Below are positions 37,221 through 47,701 of a DNA stretch of 61,083 bases, piece by piece (the first letter of the stretch is position 1; the number at the start of each line of letters is the position of its first letter). A program made the position numbers and the translations under genes. Under the pieces are notes generated by a model that worked only from the letters and a program-made list of their open reading frames with translations, was not told where the DNA came from and ran no database searches. The stretch is from a virus (taxonomy: Duplodnaviria; Caudoviricetes). Location: positions 1 to 61,083 of the IMG/VR virus record IMGVR_UViG_3300043640_000419. One strand, written 5' to 3'.

Positions 37221-37955
37221 TCAGCTCCTGTTGTCGCTTCGGACCAGCTTCGCGAGCGCCTCTGTCATGAAGCGCGCGGCGACGCGATCGTAGGCGCGGT
37301 TGGCGACGCCGTAGAAATCGAGGCGGCGGCGATAGGTCGGCGACCGGACGAAGCGGAACACGACGCCAAGCAGGCCGCCCGGCATGTGCCAGTAGACGCC
37401 GGGCTTGAGGCTGCTGCCGGGTCGCGGCGTGAAGAAGTAGTTCGTCTTCTTCGCCCCGCGCCGCGCGCCCCTGCGGTTGGCCCGGTAGCCCTGCTCACCG
37501 AACGCCTGCAGGTCGGACAGCATGCGCACGATGAATGGCCCCGGCACGTTGCCGAAGCTATCGAGGGGCGCCTGCCGGCCTGGCACGGCGAAGGTGCCGG
37601 CCGGCATCAGGCCCTTGGCCTGCAGCGCGCGCTCGAAGCGCTTGAGCTTGCGCGGCCCGCCCTCGATCTCGGCGGCGAGGAACTGCGCCGCAGCGATGCC
37701 CTTACCGCCGAATTCCTCGAGCCAGATGCGCACCAGCGGCCGGTTGCGGGTCGGTTGCTGGAAGCGCAGGCCGCCGAGCGCCCACGGCGTCGGCCGGTCG
37801 AAGGACTCCTGCATCTCGGAGCGCAGCGCCGCGAACACGTAGCGGCCCGTCGCGGCGGCGGCCTCGACCTGCGCTTGCGGCAGGTATTTCTTCTGCAGGT
37901 CAGACAGGGCGGCAACGACATCTTGGCCGTTGTCGCGGATGTCGAAGGAAAGCAT
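37221..37955 (-). CDS. neck/tail completion protein
   Basis: FDRPTPW...EIEGGPRKLKRFE...LDSFGNV. Confidence 0.75.
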   Translation of the reverse strand: MLSFDIRDNGQDVVAALSDLQKKYLPQAQVEAAAATGRYVFAALRSEMQESFDRPTPWALGGLRFQQPTRNRPLVRIWLEEFGGKGIAAAQFLAAEIEGGPRKLKRFERALQAKGLMPAGTFAVPGRQAPLDSFGNVPGPFIVRMLSDLQAFGEQGYRANRRGARRGAKKTNYFFTPRPGSSLKPGVYWHMPGGLLGVVFRFVRSPTYRRRLDFYGVANRAYDRVAARFMTEALAKLVRSDNRS

Positions 37956-38383
37956 CAGGCGATGACGGAGCCGGCGTTGTAGGCGCCGTCGAGCACCTTG
38001 ACCTTGTTCGACCCGATGCCGACGCAGATCGGCGTCGACTTGTTGGTCGATGCCAGGTCGGCGGCCGGATTGAGTGCGCCGGCCGTCCCGCCGATGAAGT
38101 AGACGACGCCGGCCGCCGGCGCGGCGCCGGCACCGAGCGTCACGATCGCGCCCGGCTTGGCCACGGCGAGCGGCTGCATGTCGGCGCCCGCGGCGGACAG
38201 CGCAATGCCGTAGCCGTTCGCGCCCGCCTCGTCCGTGGTGCCATCGGCCTGCGCCTTGAGCCATTTGCCGGTCGAGGCGAAGTAGACCGCCTGGCCCTGC
38301 GTGACGGCTTCGCCGGCGATGCCGTGCTCCTGCGGCCCGCTGACGGGCAGGACCTGCGTGGCGGTGATGGAAAGTGCAGCCAT
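37955..38383 (-). CDS. virion structural protein
   Basis: AGEAVTQGQAVY motif; position in the head-tail region. Confidence 0.7.
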   Translation of the reverse strand: MAALSITATQVLPVSGPQEHGIAGEAVTQGQAVYFASTGKWLKAQADGTTDEAGANGYGIALSAAGADMQPLAVAKPGAIVTLGAGAAPAAGVVYFIGGTAGALNPAADLASTNKSTPICVGIGSNKVKVLDGAYNAGSVIA

Positions 38384-38392
38384 GGGAATCTC

Positions 38393-38698
38393 CTACGTCT
38401 TGAGATCGACGACGACGAAGCCAGTGCCGTCGGGACGGATCAGCTTGCAGCGGAAGGAATGGGTGACGGCGAACTCGTCGACGACCACGACGGGATCGTT
38501 CTCGGCTGCGCCCAGCGGCAACGTGTCTTCGGGAAAGCAGATCGTCGGATGACGATCTGCGATGTCGATCTCGGAAAGACCGGGCATGACGGTGGTCGGC
38601 CGGTCGAATATTGCGGGGAACGACGATCCGCGCCACGTCACCGCAACCCCGAAGTCGATGAGGAAGGCGGTGCGGTCGATGTCCGTCTCGACGGTCAT
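38393..38698 (-). CDS. head-tail joining protein
   Basis: DFG...IFD...PDGTG. Confidence 0.75.
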   Translation of the reverse strand: MTVETDIDRTAFLIDFGVAVTWRGSSFPAIFDRPTTVMPGLSEIDIADRHPTICFPEDTLPLGAAENDPVVVVDEFAVTHSFRCKLIRPDGTGFVVVDLKT

Positions 38699-39111
38699 GC
38701 TCCGGTCGCTGTTCCGGTCGTCTCGGTCACTGCCACGGGCTCGACTCTGGCCGCCTGCATGTCGACGCCCAGCATCTGCTGGAGCCCGCGGTCGAGGTCG
38801 CCTTCGATCGCGATTTCCTCGCCCGCCTTGAAGCCGGTCTGTGCGTTGGTCGTGTAGAGGCGGCGCTCGTTGAACTTGTCGCGGGCCTTGTCGCGCGCCT
38901 TTTCCGCCTTGTCGATGGCGGTCTGATCGCCGCGGTCGGTCGCCTTTTTGAAAGCGAACTTCGCGCGATCGAGGTCGGCCTGCGCTGCCTCGATGTCTTC
39001 CGGCTTGTCCGGCGTGAGCAAGTGCAGCCGGGCGGCGGCCTGCTGCCCGGTGAGCCAGACGTTCGTGCCGCGCGGAACATTGCCGGCGGACTGGACGGTA
39101 AGAATATTCAT
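38695..39111 (-). CDS. hypothetical head-region protein
   Basis: LTGQQAAARLHLL...FKAGEEI; follows the capsid gene. Confidence 0.7.
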   Translation of the reverse strand: MNILTVQSAGNVPRGTNVWLTGQQAAARLHLLTPDKPEDIEAAQADLDRAKFAFKKATDRGDQTAIDKAEKARDKARDKFNERRLYTTNAQTGFKAGEEIAIEGDLDRGLQQMLGVDMQAARVEPVAVTETTGTATGA

Positions 39112-39176
39112 GGTCGCGATCCTTGTCGGAGGAAGGGGAATAGCCCCGCGGGCGGATCGCCTGCGAGGCTCCAGGA

Positions 39177-40112
39177 TCAGGTGAACGTGACCAGGACGGC
39201 GCCCTGCCAGTAGCCGTAGCCGACGTTTCCGGCGTAATCGACGCCGAAGATCTGCTCCTTGTTCATCTGCTCGTATTCGGAGCCGTCGCCGAGCGCGATC
39301 ACATCCTTGCCGCCGGCCTCCTCCTGCAGAATGAACGGCTTCACGTTGCCATCGGTGCGGAACACCATGAACTTCGTCGTGAAGTTCAGGCGCGGATTCA
39401 CCTCGATATTGATGGTGAACTTGTCGCGCAGCGCCGGGATCATCGCCGACTGGCCGGTCGCGCCGAGCAGGGCCGAGACGGCAAGGAAGGCCGCGGTCAT
39501 GAACACCGGCGGCACCATCACGGTAAACGCGCGCGCATTCTGGTTCATCGGCTCGCCGGCGCCATCCTTGAAGCCGTACATGGCCTGGATGGCGGCCATG
39601 ATCGCTTTCGCCATCTCGTCCGACGTAGGGTCGGTCGTGGTGGTGATGTCGGCGCTGATCGAATTGCTCAGCGTGCCGCTGGTGCCCTCGGCGTGGTCGG
39701 TATCGAAGAAATACTGGCCATCGTAGCAGAGCGAGGAAGCGCCGTTGAGCATGAGCGTCGAAAGCAGCGCCGCCGGATAGTCGTTGACGCGATCGGCGAG
39801 CTGATTGATCCGCGTCTGGATCTGGCCGAGCTTGTCGCGCCGCATGTCCTTGGACTTGAAGACGAGATTGGCTTCGTGATCCTTGTTGGTGATCGAGAAG
39901 GACACTTCCGGCAGCTCGTTGAGCTTCCGCTTGCCAACGAATTCGTGCATCGCCGGCGGCGCGCCGAGCCAGGCATAGGTCTCCGAAGCCTGGTCGGAAT
40001 TGGTGCGCATGACGAGATCGTTGATCCACGCCGCGGCGCCGGTTTCGAGGGCCTGCAAAAGCATCCCTTTGACGCCCACGGTCGTGAGCGCCTGATACTG
40101 CGAAGGGTACAT
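39177..40112 (-). CDS. major capsid protein, Mu gpT-like
   Basis: ETYAWLG..P.MHEF.G, CYDGQYFFDTDH, KPFILQ, GYGYWQ. Confidence 0.92.
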   Translation of the reverse strand: MYPSQYQALTTVGVKGMLLQALETGAAAWINDLVMRTNSDQASETYAWLGAPPAMHEFVGKRKLNELPEVSFSITNKDHEANLVFKSKDMRRDKLGQIQTRINQLADRVNDYPAALLSTLMLNGASSLCYDGQYFFDTDHAEGTSGTLSNSISADITTTTDPTSDEMAKAIMAAIQAMYGFKDGAGEPMNQNARAFTVMVPPVFMTAAFLAVSALLGATGQSAMIPALRDKFTINIEVNPRLNFTTKFMVFRTDGNVKPFILQEEAGGKDVIALGDGSEYEQMNKEQIFGVDYAGNVGYGYWQGAVLVTFT

Positions 40113-40125
40113 TTATGGGTGCTCC

Positions 40126-40551
40126 TTAGCCCATGCGCTGGTAGGCGCTGTCGAATTCGACAACGGCCAGGCCGGTTGAGATCCACCGATCGACGTAGCC
40201 GATCAGCGTGTTGCTGGTGGAGGTGAGCGTGAACGTGTCGTCGTCCGACGCATACACGGCCGGCCTGTCGTTCGCCGTGATGGCGAGGGCCGCGATCGGC
40301 AATTCGATAAAGCCCTTCTGCAGGACGAACACCGTCTTGTCGCCAGCCGCACCGGCGGAGTTGTCGATCCGGCTTTCCGCGAAGCCGAGGAATGGGTCGG
40401 CGGCGACCAACGGGCGGGCATAGCCCGAGCCGTTCTCGCCGACGGCGGCGCCGCGGTAGATGATGTCGGAGGCGATCACGGGAAATTCCGACGTGATCGG
40501 CGTGCCGGACCAGTAACGGGGCCGGAGCTTGTCTACTGCGAGAGTCGTCAT
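40126..40551 (-). CDS. head decoration/cement-like protein
   Basis: IYRGAAVG...FLGFA...VYASDDDTFTL. Confidence 0.75.
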   Translation of the reverse strand: MTTLAVDKLRPRYWSGTPITSEFPVIASDIIYRGAAVGENGSGYARPLVAADPFLGFAESRIDNSAGAAGDKTVFVLQKGFIELPIAALAITANDRPAVYASDDDTFTLTSTSNTLIGYVDRWISTGLAVVEFDSAYQRMG

Positions 40552-40554
40552 GGC

Positions 40555-41070
40555 TTACGCGCCTCCGTTCTTGCGCTGGTCGTGGCTTTTGGTCGCCACA
40601 TAGGAACCGACCGTCGGGAACTTGGCCTGCAGGTCGGTCGAGGCCTCGTATTCGGCCTTCCAACCTTCGGCGTTCTGCGGAACGGCCGGCTTGCCGACCG
40701 TCGTGACGGCCGCGGCGACATGGCCGGTCGCCGTCTCGACGTTCTGGATCGAGACATGGGCCGCGCCGAGCTTGGCGCGCTCGGCAGCGGTGACCTTGAG
40801 CGCCGCGTCGCCCGGCGAGCAGGTCGGGTCGGCCTTGCATTCGGCGATCAGCTTGTCGTGGCCAGGCAATCCCGCGGCATCGATACCAGCCAGGCGCGTG
40901 CGCTCGGCAGCGGCGCCTTCGGTGCGGGCTATTGCGACACCGGCCTGCGCCTCGGCCAGGCCGGCCTTGCGGCCTTCCTCGCGCGCCGTGGCGACCGCCT
41001 TGGCGTGCTCACCGTTGGTGATCGTCGCGGCAGCCTCGTCGACCGCCGCCATTCCGCTCTTGTCGGACAT
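40555..41070 (-). CDS. head scaffold-like protein (Nu3-equivalent position)
   Basis: Between the S49 protease and the decoration/capsid genes; GAAAERTRLAGI motif; GGAG RBS. Confidence 0.75.
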   Translation of the reverse strand: MSDKSGMAAVDEAAATITNGEHAKAVATAREEGRKAGLAEAQAGVAIARTEGAAAERTRLAGIDAAGLPGHDKLIAECKADPTCSPGDAALKVTAAERAKLGAAHVSIQNVETATGHVAAAVTTVGKPAVPQNAEGWKAEYEASTDLQAKFPTVGSYVATKSHDQRKNGGA

Positions 41071-41098
41071 GGTCTCTCCTGTGTTGGCCGATCGGCCG

Positions 41099-42022
41099 TT
41101 AAAAATTGCTCACGAAACGCTGAAAAGCTGCGTCGACTTCCATGATCCCGTCGACCAGCCCCACGCGGCGCGCTTCCTGTCCGCGATAGGTTTTTGCCTC
41201 GGTTGCCTTCGCCGCCTTGCGCGGCATGCGCGGCCCGCGGCCAGCGGCAACCGCGTCGAGAAACCGGCCGTATGACTCGTCGACGCCGGCCTGGATCTCC
41301 GCGCGCGTGTCCGCGTCGAGTGGCGCGACGGGCGAGCCGTCGACCTTGTGCGCGCCGGCGTGAATGAGCGTGACCGCGATACCCTGCTGTTCGAGCGCCT
41401 TGCTCATGTCCATGTGCATCGCGACCACGCCGATAGATCCGGCGCCGCCGCCGGGCGGCATGACGATTCGGCGGGCCGAACTGGCCAGCAGGTATCCGGC
41501 CGAATAGGCGAAGTCGGTCAGGATCGCCAATGTCGGCTTCTCGGCGCTCAATTGGCGCAGCGCGTCGGCGGTCTCGAAGGCACCGGCAACTTCGCCGCCG
41601 TAACTGTCGACCTCGAGGATAACGGCCTTCACGTCCTTGTCGGCGCGAGCCACCGCGACCTGGGCGCGGATGCCCTCATAGGACGTCTCGCCGGAAGACT
41701 GGCCGAGCCACTTGCCCTTCTGCACCAACGTGCCCTCGATCGGGATGATACCGACGCTCTTGTAGCGCTGGAGGATCTTCGCACCTTGCGCCTCGGCACC
41801 CATCACGGCGGCGGCCAGGGGCTCGCCCACCACGCCCGCGCGCTCGGACGGACGGCCGCCGGAGAACGCCTTGTGATCGACCGCGGCGACATCGGGAATG
41901 ACGATGCCGCCGGCGATGATGCGCCCGCCGAGCCCCGCCATGAAGGCCGACAGCTTCGACGCATCGACGATGAGCGGCTCGTTGAACAGCCGCCCGGCGA
42001 TGCGCGGCATGAGGATCGTCAT
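41099..42022 (-). CDS. S49 head maturation protease
   Basis: VDSYGGEV, AYSAGYLLAS, GSIGVV, GAHKVDG. Confidence 0.92.
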   Translation of the reverse strand: MTILMPRIAGRLFNEPLIVDASKLSAFMAGLGGRIIAGGIVIPDVAAVDHKAFSGGRPSERAGVVGEPLAAAVMGAEAQGAKILQRYKSVGIIPIEGTLVQKGKWLGQSSGETSYEGIRAQVAVARADKDVKAVILEVDSYGGEVAGAFETADALRQLSAEKPTLAILTDFAYSAGYLLASSARRIVMPPGGGAGSIGVVAMHMDMSKALEQQGIAVTLIHAGAHKVDGSPVAPLDADTRAEIQAGVDESYGRFLDAVAAGRGPRMPRKAAKATEAKTYRGQEARRVGLVDGIMEVDAAFQRFVSNF

Positions 42023-43602
42023 GTGGCGTCGTCCTCCTCTTTGCGCTTCTCGTCGTCCGGTTCGGCTGGCGCGGGAGGTGCGGCCGGGTCGGCGACTAGG
42101 CCGGCGCTCACCATGCGGGTGTTTTCCTTGACGAGCTGGTCGAGCTTCTTCTCGATGTCGCCGCCGGTGCGCTCGATGCAGACCTGCTCGCGCGTCTTCA
42201 CGCCGACCTGGATGTCGGTCTGGTCGGCCGATGCCTCTTGCGCCGGATTGAGCGACCAGCGCCGCGGCCCGATCCACTCGGCCGACAGGTAGGCCTCGCG
42301 GATCATTGGATTGCTGAACCAGCCCGGGCGCGCGATGCGGCCGGACGCGACCGCCTCGTCCATCGCCCATCCGTAGACTTCCTGGTTGAAGCGGTAGGCG
42401 ATCCACGACCGCTGCTGGTTGAAGTAGCTCCACGCCATTTCGAGCGCGGCGCGACTGGCCGAATAGCTGGCCTCGAAGTGCTTCAGCAGGAGCTCGAGCG
42501 GCAGCTGCAACGCGACGCCGATCTGCTGCATGAACGCCGATACGAACGGCGCGAAATTGGAGTTTGGCCGGCTTGGGTCCATGTCCTTAGCCACCTCGCC
42601 CGGCGCCAGGGACAGGACCGCGCCGGAGCCCAGCTTGACCTCATTGGCCGCGAGGTTCGCGTCGCCGACTTCGCCAATGGGCGGCCCAAATCCGTCGCCG
42701 TCGTTCGGCGTCTCGATCACCATCGTAAACATCGCCGACACCACGGCGGCGGTGACCTCGGCATCACTGTAATCGCTTAGCTGCTTGAAGTGCTCGATCA
42801 CCGGCGCGAGGTATGGCACGCCGCGCGATAGCTCCGGCCTGGTGCGCTCGAACAGGTGCAGCACGACCCGCAATCCGTCATCGCTGCGCGCTGCCACGCG
42901 CTCCCATGTCAACGCGGTCAGGCGCACGCCGCCGGGATGCGCGCTGCTGATGTGGTAACCGATCGGCACGCCATCGGCATTGGTCTCGACGCCGCCGCTT
43001 ATCTGGTCGGTGTCCGCCGCGTTCTTCGGGTTGCTGAGGCGATCGGCCTCGAGGATCTGCAGTTTCGTGCCGTAGACGTCGCCCGCGTCCTTCCGGTAGC
43101 GCCGCACGATCACCACGTCGCCGCTTTCCTTGATCGCGCGGAAGGCAAGCACCTGCATTTCATCGAAGCATTGCACGGTGGTGAAATCGCACCGCCGCAT
43201 GAAGGTCTCCCACTCGCGTTCCTGCTCGCGCTCGTAGACGTCGGCCTGCTCCGGCGTGATACCGAGCGCGGCGTTGTCGATCGACGCCTGCAGCCGGAGT
43301 CCGTCGCCGATTACACCGTTGGTCGTCGTGGCGATCGCGCCGGTTGCCACCGGTGTATTGCGCGCCAGGTCACGAGACCGGTTGCGCAGGTCCGGCAGGT
43401 CGAGCAGCACGTCCGCATCGGGTGAGCCACCGCCCGGCCGCCAGTTGCGCGTCGCCCGGCGATCCTTGCGCCCGCCCTTGTAGCTTCCGTCGAGTGCGGC
43501 GAGCCGGGTCCGCGCCTGCCACCGGCCGAGGCCGGCGGTGGGCGAAACCCAACCGACGACGCGGTCGAGCAGGTTGCGCCGCGGGAGGTCAGAGGGATTC
43601 AT
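42019..43602 (-). CDS. lambda-family portal protein
   Basis: LRNRSRDLARN, LQILEADRL, RGVPYLAPVI, SYSASRAA. Confidence 0.95.
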   Translation of the reverse strand: MNPSDLPRRNLLDRVVGWVSPTAGLGRWQARTRLAALDGSYKGGRKDRRATRNWRPGGGSPDADVLLDLPDLRNRSRDLARNTPVATGAIATTTNGVIGDGLRLQASIDNAALGITPEQADVYEREQEREWETFMRRCDFTTVQCFDEMQVLAFRAIKESGDVVIVRRYRKDAGDVYGTKLQILEADRLSNPKNAADTDQISGGVETNADGVPIGYHISSAHPGGVRLTALTWERVAARSDDGLRVVLHLFERTRPELSRGVPYLAPVIEHFKQLSDYSDAEVTAAVVSAMFTMVIETPNDGDGFGPPIGEVGDANLAANEVKLGSGAVLSLAPGEVAKDMDPSRPNSNFAPFVSAFMQQIGVALQLPLELLLKHFEASYSASRAALEMAWSYFNQQRSWIAYRFNQEVYGWAMDEAVASGRIARPGWFSNPMIREAYLSAEWIGPRRWSLNPAQEASADQTDIQVGVKTREQVCIERTGGDIEKKLDQLVKENTRMVSAGLVADPAAPPAPAEPDDEKRKEEDDAT

Positions 43603-43604
43603 CG

Positions 43605-43850
43605 CTACTCCGGCACGACGTAGCGGGTGCGGATCCTGCCGCCACCAGCGACGCTGGCGAGGTTCGAGACCTGGTTTTGCCAGAAGACGATCTGCTGCCG
43701 AATCTCGGCGGCATCGACACGCTTGAGTGTGCGCTGCCCGTTGCCGGTGTCGATCGTGTATTCCTGCCCGGTCGCCACCATCGCATTGGCGGCGATCCAG
43801 ATGGCCAGCTGCGCTTGTGCGTCTTCGATCGCGATGCCGGCCATGGTCAC
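43605..43850 (-). CDS. head completion protein (gpW/DUF6148-like)
   Basis: GQEYTI...RTLKR..AEIRQQIVFW; between terL and portal. Confidence 0.8.
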   Translation of the reverse strand: MTMAGIAIEDAQAQLAIWIAANAMVATGQEYTIDTGNGQRTLKRVDAAEIRQQIVFWQNQVSNLASVAGGGRIRTRYVVPE

Positions 43851-45790
43851 ACTCCCGCCGAAAGTTGCCGTCGGCCGGCTGGTCGCGCGACCGGTTGGCC
43901 GATCGGTGTCCGTATCGCCCGGGTGGTGTCCGGCACTCGGTCCAAGCCGAGCATCTTGGCCGCCGCGAACGCCATCGCCTCGCAGTCGAGATAATCATGC
44001 GACTTGCCGCGCTTGACCCATGTGAAGCCGCCGCCCGGCCTGCGGGTGCGCGCCTCGTTCACGATCTGCCGGCAATAGCCCTCGTCGATGCCCGACAGGA
44101 GGCCGCGGCTGTCGGCCTCACCGCCATGCAGATGCCAGCCGCCCGGCGGCGCCTCGGCCCCGCGCGGCCAGCGCACGCGCGAATGGACCCATTCCTTCGT
44201 GAAGTCGGAGTCGAGGTGGACCAGTGGCAGGCCGAACTTCGTCCGCTTGCCAGCCGGCGTGACCTCGATTTGCGACACAGTGATCGGCTGCCGTGCCCGC
44301 GCCCAGCCCTTCGTCGCGTAGCACAGGCGCGCATGGCGTCGGCAGAAGTCATAGACCTTGTTCACGTCGCCGTTTTCCGGCTTGTCCGGCCGGAAGCCGG
44401 AGTCGATGAACGCGCGCCGGATGCCGAGGCCGGTGAAGTCACGTTCGAGCACCTGGTCGACCAGGTCGAGCCACACATCGTCGAGGCGCGTGTCGCCCCA
44501 CAATTCGCCATGGTCGATCAGCCACGATTCCTGCCGGATGCCCCAGCCGCGCACGACATAGACCAGTTTCCGCTTTTGAACGTCGACGCCGCAGGTCAGG
44601 AACAGCACGCCCGCCGGCACGGTGTTCTTCGCGTAGGGAAGCGAGCAGTCCTGAACCTCTCTCCACTCCGGCACGTCGCCGCCCGATGGCGCCCACAGCT
44701 CGCCGAATCCGGCGTTGATGACCATCTGGAGCTTGCCGGGATCGCCGCTCTGCACCGCCTCGACGTAGGCCGCCGCACGATCGCCGAACGACCGGAAAGG
44801 CGAGCAGAGGCCGGACACCCAAAACGAAGCCGTATCGCTGTCCGGCGGGTCGCCGACGACGACATCATCGTCCGTCACGTTCTGCCCTGGCGCGACGTAC
44901 AGGCCGCCGGCGTTCATTGCCGCCTTTTCGGCGTCGCCGATCACGCATCCGTTGCGCGGACAGGTCAGGGACGCTGTCGCGCGGGCCTGCGCCGGGGTCG
45001 CTGTTTCCTTGTCCTGCCCTTCCCAAGCCAGGCACGAGAAGCGCGGGATGAACCGCTCCCGGCAGTGCGGGCAGCGCCATGTCCAATGGTACCGCGTGCC
45101 CTGCTGCCAGTAGATCCAGATGGCCGAGTCGATGTCTGTCGCGTCTTGCACGCTCCAGAACTCAAGGCCCGACGTTTCGTCCTTCGTCGTGTCCTTCATG
45201 CCGCGGCTAGGGGTCGACGTGATCGCGTGAACGAAGTCCGCGTAGGTGTCGCCGCGAGCGTCGACAAGGCTGATCGGGTGGCCTTGCTCCTTCACGTCGG
45301 CGAGGAAGTCGTCGGCCTCGTCGGTCAGCGCCAGGCCGATCGCGTCGGACTTCAGCGCGGTCGATGATCCAGCATGCGCGAGCCGCAGCGGAACGCCGCC
45401 GACGACCTTGCGAGTCTTCGTCATCCGCTTCCCCCGGCTGACCTTCGCCGCCAGGATAGGCGCCTCGTCCAGGAGAGCCATCAAGCGCGGCTCGAACTGT
45501 TCCTGTAAAAATTGCTTGTTCGGACCGACGTACAAGGTCGGCACCGGCCGCTGGTCTAGCCGCTGGCCGATGACGTCGAGGAGCGTTTCAGTCTTGCCGC
45601 TCTGCGCCCCGATGCAGAGCACGACACGCCGATATTTGCGCTCGGCGATCGCCCTGCCGAAAGGTATCCCGTAGGGCGTGAGCCATGGATCTCGACGGCC
45701 CGGGCGACCAGCCGAGGGTGGATAGGTTCGGTTCGCTGCGCCCCACTCGTCAGGCGTCATCCTCGCTTGCGGCGTCAGCAGCGCCATCAT
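43847..45790 (-). CDS. terL: terminase large subunit, GpA family
   Basis: AQSGKT Walker A, LTDEAD Walker B, STP, CPHC, GVDVQ, IDSG, DYLDC. Confidence 0.95.
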   Translation of the reverse strand: MMALLTPQARMTPDEWGAANRTYPPSAGRPGRRDPWLTPYGIPFGRAIAERKYRRVVLCIGAQSGKTETLLDVIGQRLDQRPVPTLYVGPNKQFLQEQFEPRLMALLDEAPILAAKVSRGKRMTKTRKVVGGVPLRLAHAGSSTALKSDAIGLALTDEADDFLADVKEQGHPISLVDARGDTYADFVHAITSTPSRGMKDTTKDETSGLEFWSVQDATDIDSAIWIYWQQGTRYHWTWRCPHCRERFIPRFSCLAWEGQDKETATPAQARATASLTCPRNGCVIGDAEKAAMNAGGLYVAPGQNVTDDDVVVGDPPDSDTASFWVSGLCSPFRSFGDRAAAYVEAVQSGDPGKLQMVINAGFGELWAPSGGDVPEWREVQDCSLPYAKNTVPAGVLFLTCGVDVQKRKLVYVVRGWGIRQESWLIDHGELWGDTRLDDVWLDLVDQVLERDFTGLGIRRAFIDSGFRPDKPENGDVNKVYDFCRRHARLCYATKGWARARQPITVSQIEVTPAGKRTKFGLPLVHLDSDFTKEWVHSRVRWPRGAEAPPGGWHLHGGEADSRGLLSGIDEGYCRQIVNEARTRRPGGGFTWVKRGKSHDYLDCEAMAFAAAKMLGLDRVPDTTRAIRTPIGQPVARPAGRRQLSAGV

Positions 45791-46253
45791 CAGACGGTCG
45801 ATCGCCACCAACCCTTTGCCGGAAACCCTTCGTCGTGGCGGCGAGGATGTCGTCAATTTCCGCCTCGATCCTTGAGCGTTCCTCGACGTCGTCGGTCAGC
45901 CTGGCCGGCAGCGCGTTGAAGCCGGCGCGAACGGCGCCCGCCCACTCGGCGAACTTTTCCAGCACGTCATCGGCTTCCAACAGGCCGCCCTCGCGCTCGG
46001 CGGTTCTGAGCTCGATGTCGCGAGCCCGCGCATCCTGTACCCGCGAGGCGCTGGCCGATTTGCTCGTGCGGTGGCCTTCCTCCCGGTGAAACCGGAGATA
46101 GCCCTTCACGGCGGACTCGAGGGTGATGCTGTCCTTGCCGCGTTTCTCGATGTGACCGCTCGTCGTCAACTGCCGGACCCGCGAAGCCACGATGCCCAGT
46201 AGGGATGCGACCTCGGCCGTGGTCAGCAGGATCGCTTCAGGCCGGAAGGGCAT
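45750..46253 (-). CDS. terS: terminase small subunit (Nu1-like)
   Basis: N-terminal winged HTH plus coiled coil; overlaps terL. Confidence 0.85.
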   Translation of the reverse strand: MPFRPEAILLTTAEVASLLGIVASRVRQLTTSGHIEKRGKDSITLESAVKGYLRFHREEGHRTSKSASASRVQDARARDIELRTAEREGGLLEADDVLEKFAEWAGAVRAGFNALPARLTDDVEERSRIEAEIDDILAATTKGFRQRVGGDRPSDDGAADAASEDDA

Positions 46254-46314
46254 GTTGCACCGTCTATGCGATACGCTAGCGCCAAGTCGAAAAGGCCGAA
46301 AATATTCAACACAG

Positions 46315-46460
46315 GGGGTTTGAATTACCCGCTGGGCCCTGATTTCCAGGAAGGACCCGTTGAAATTTTCTTTCGCGCAAGAATGTTGCTCGATGATTTG
46401 CGACGCGTTCGCATCTCGCACCTGCGAGGTGAGGGTCCAACATCGATCTCGCACCTGCGT
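46315..46460 (-). other. putative cos packaging region
   Basis: Minus strand GGGTCCTTCCTGG (46358-46346) contains the lambda cosQ heptamer GGGTCCT upstream of terS; ATCTCGCACCTGCG direct repeats at 46413 and 46446. Confidence 0.7.
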
Positions 46461-46494
46461 GGTCGCGGTCTGTTCAACGGCCTGCGACGCAGTC

Positions 46495-46737
46495 TCAGTT
46501 GAGCGCGACCGGTTCCTCGTGCCCGCACCTGGTGCAGAAGCGCAGCGGATCAACCTTGGAGTCGATGAAGGTGTGGCCGTCGCAGCACGTCGGACAGAGG
46601 CCGCCACGTCCGTCTGCTGGGATGATATTGTTGGGCTCGCCACACACTCGACACACCAGCATCGACTGCAGATCGCGGAGCAGTTCCAGGTCGCGCTTTC
46701 TCATCTCCTCGTCCGTTCCGTGTTTCGCTCGTCGCAA
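46495..46737 (-). CDS. small Zn-finger protein
   Basis: CRVC, CPTC, CTRC. Confidence 0.55.
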   Translation of the reverse strand: MRRAKHGTDEEMRKRDLELLRDLQSMLVCRVCGEPNNIIPADGRGGLCPTCCDGHTFIDSKVDPLRFCTRCGHEEPVALN

Positions 46738-46820
46738 TACTCGGACACGGAAACGCCCGGACGGGGGAGGTCCGGGCGCGCGTCGTCAGGGGGGATTTGT
46801 AAATACCCTAAGGCGGTCTG

Positions 46821-47069
46821 TCAACGAGGCAGAGGGCGCAGCACGCGGCTTGAATCTACGGCGAACGTCGTCTGCTCGCCCACCATGAGAGCCGATGGAC
46901 AGTTCGCATCGTTGCGAAGGCGGCGATCATGATATCGCTGCATCTTCTCGCTGATCGCCGCTTTGGTCTGCGGGCTGTGCGTTCTAGCACGCGATGCAGC
47001 GGACATCTTCGCGCGGGCCTCGGCGGATGGCGGAGGGCGCAGCCGCCGATACACATCGTCATCCTGCAT
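46821..47069 (-). CDS. NUMOD3-like small protein
   Basis: SAEARAKMSAA...HSPQTKAAISEKM. Confidence 0.6.
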   Translation of the reverse strand: MQDDDVYRRLRPPPSAEARAKMSAASRARTHSPQTKAAISEKMQRYHDRRLRNDANCPSALMVGEQTTFAVDSSRVLRPLPR

Positions 47070-47547
47070 GTGCCACCCTCTCTGCCTTTTGCGCCCTGTC
47101 GTAGTTGCTGCATGCGCGGTCCCACATGTCAGCAGCCATGGCAACGAGCCACACGGCACCAGCACCGATCGGCCGGCCATCCTCAACCATCTCGACGATG
47201 ACGTGTGGCGCTAGCAGGGCGCGACGTTGAAAGGCGTTACCCCACTCGATGTAGATATTCCACAGCCTGCAGCCACGCGATCCGAGGTCGCTCGCACCAT
47301 GGCCCACCTTTGCCAGATCAATCGGCTTGAAGCCCAGCGCATGGGTCACGACCTTGAACGCCTCGACGATTTGCAGCGCGGCCTCGAACTGCCCGCTGCT
47401 GATGCCGCCGTCATCCGGGCCCTTGCGCAGGAGGTCCTGCATTGGCCAGGGCTTGAGCTTGGCCAAGGTCTCAGGCGTAGCTGCCACGCGCTCGGATCGA
47501 TCGACCGACTTGCGCTTGTTGTCCCAGCGCTTCTTCGCCTTGCCCAT
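47059..47547 (-). CDS. hypothetical protein, possible late regulator by position
   Basis: AGGAG RBS; end of the early/replication operon before cos. Confidence 0.65.
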   Translation of the reverse strand: MGKAKKRWDNKRKSVDRSERVAATPETLAKLKPWPMQDLLRKGPDDGGISSGQFEAALQIVEAFKVVTHALGFKPIDLAKVGHGASDLGSRGCRLWNIYIEWGNAFQRRALLAPHVIVEMVEDGRPIGAGAVWLVAMAADMWDRACSNYDRAQKAERVAHAG

Positions 47548-47701
47548 GGTGATCTCCTGATAGAGAGGCTGATTGTTCATTGGCGGCCGTCGAAGAGCAT
47601 GTCCGGCGTGCCCTTACCTTGAGGCTCTTTTCGCTTGCCCTCGCATGCGATCGCGGCAGACTCAGGCCGACTTCCATCGTTGCTTCTCGGGATGATGCAG
47701 A

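Noticed and set aside
39177-45790. Lambda-type terminase and portal with a Mu-type capsid as a novelty
   Set aside because: This mosaic head module is common in proteobacterial prophages
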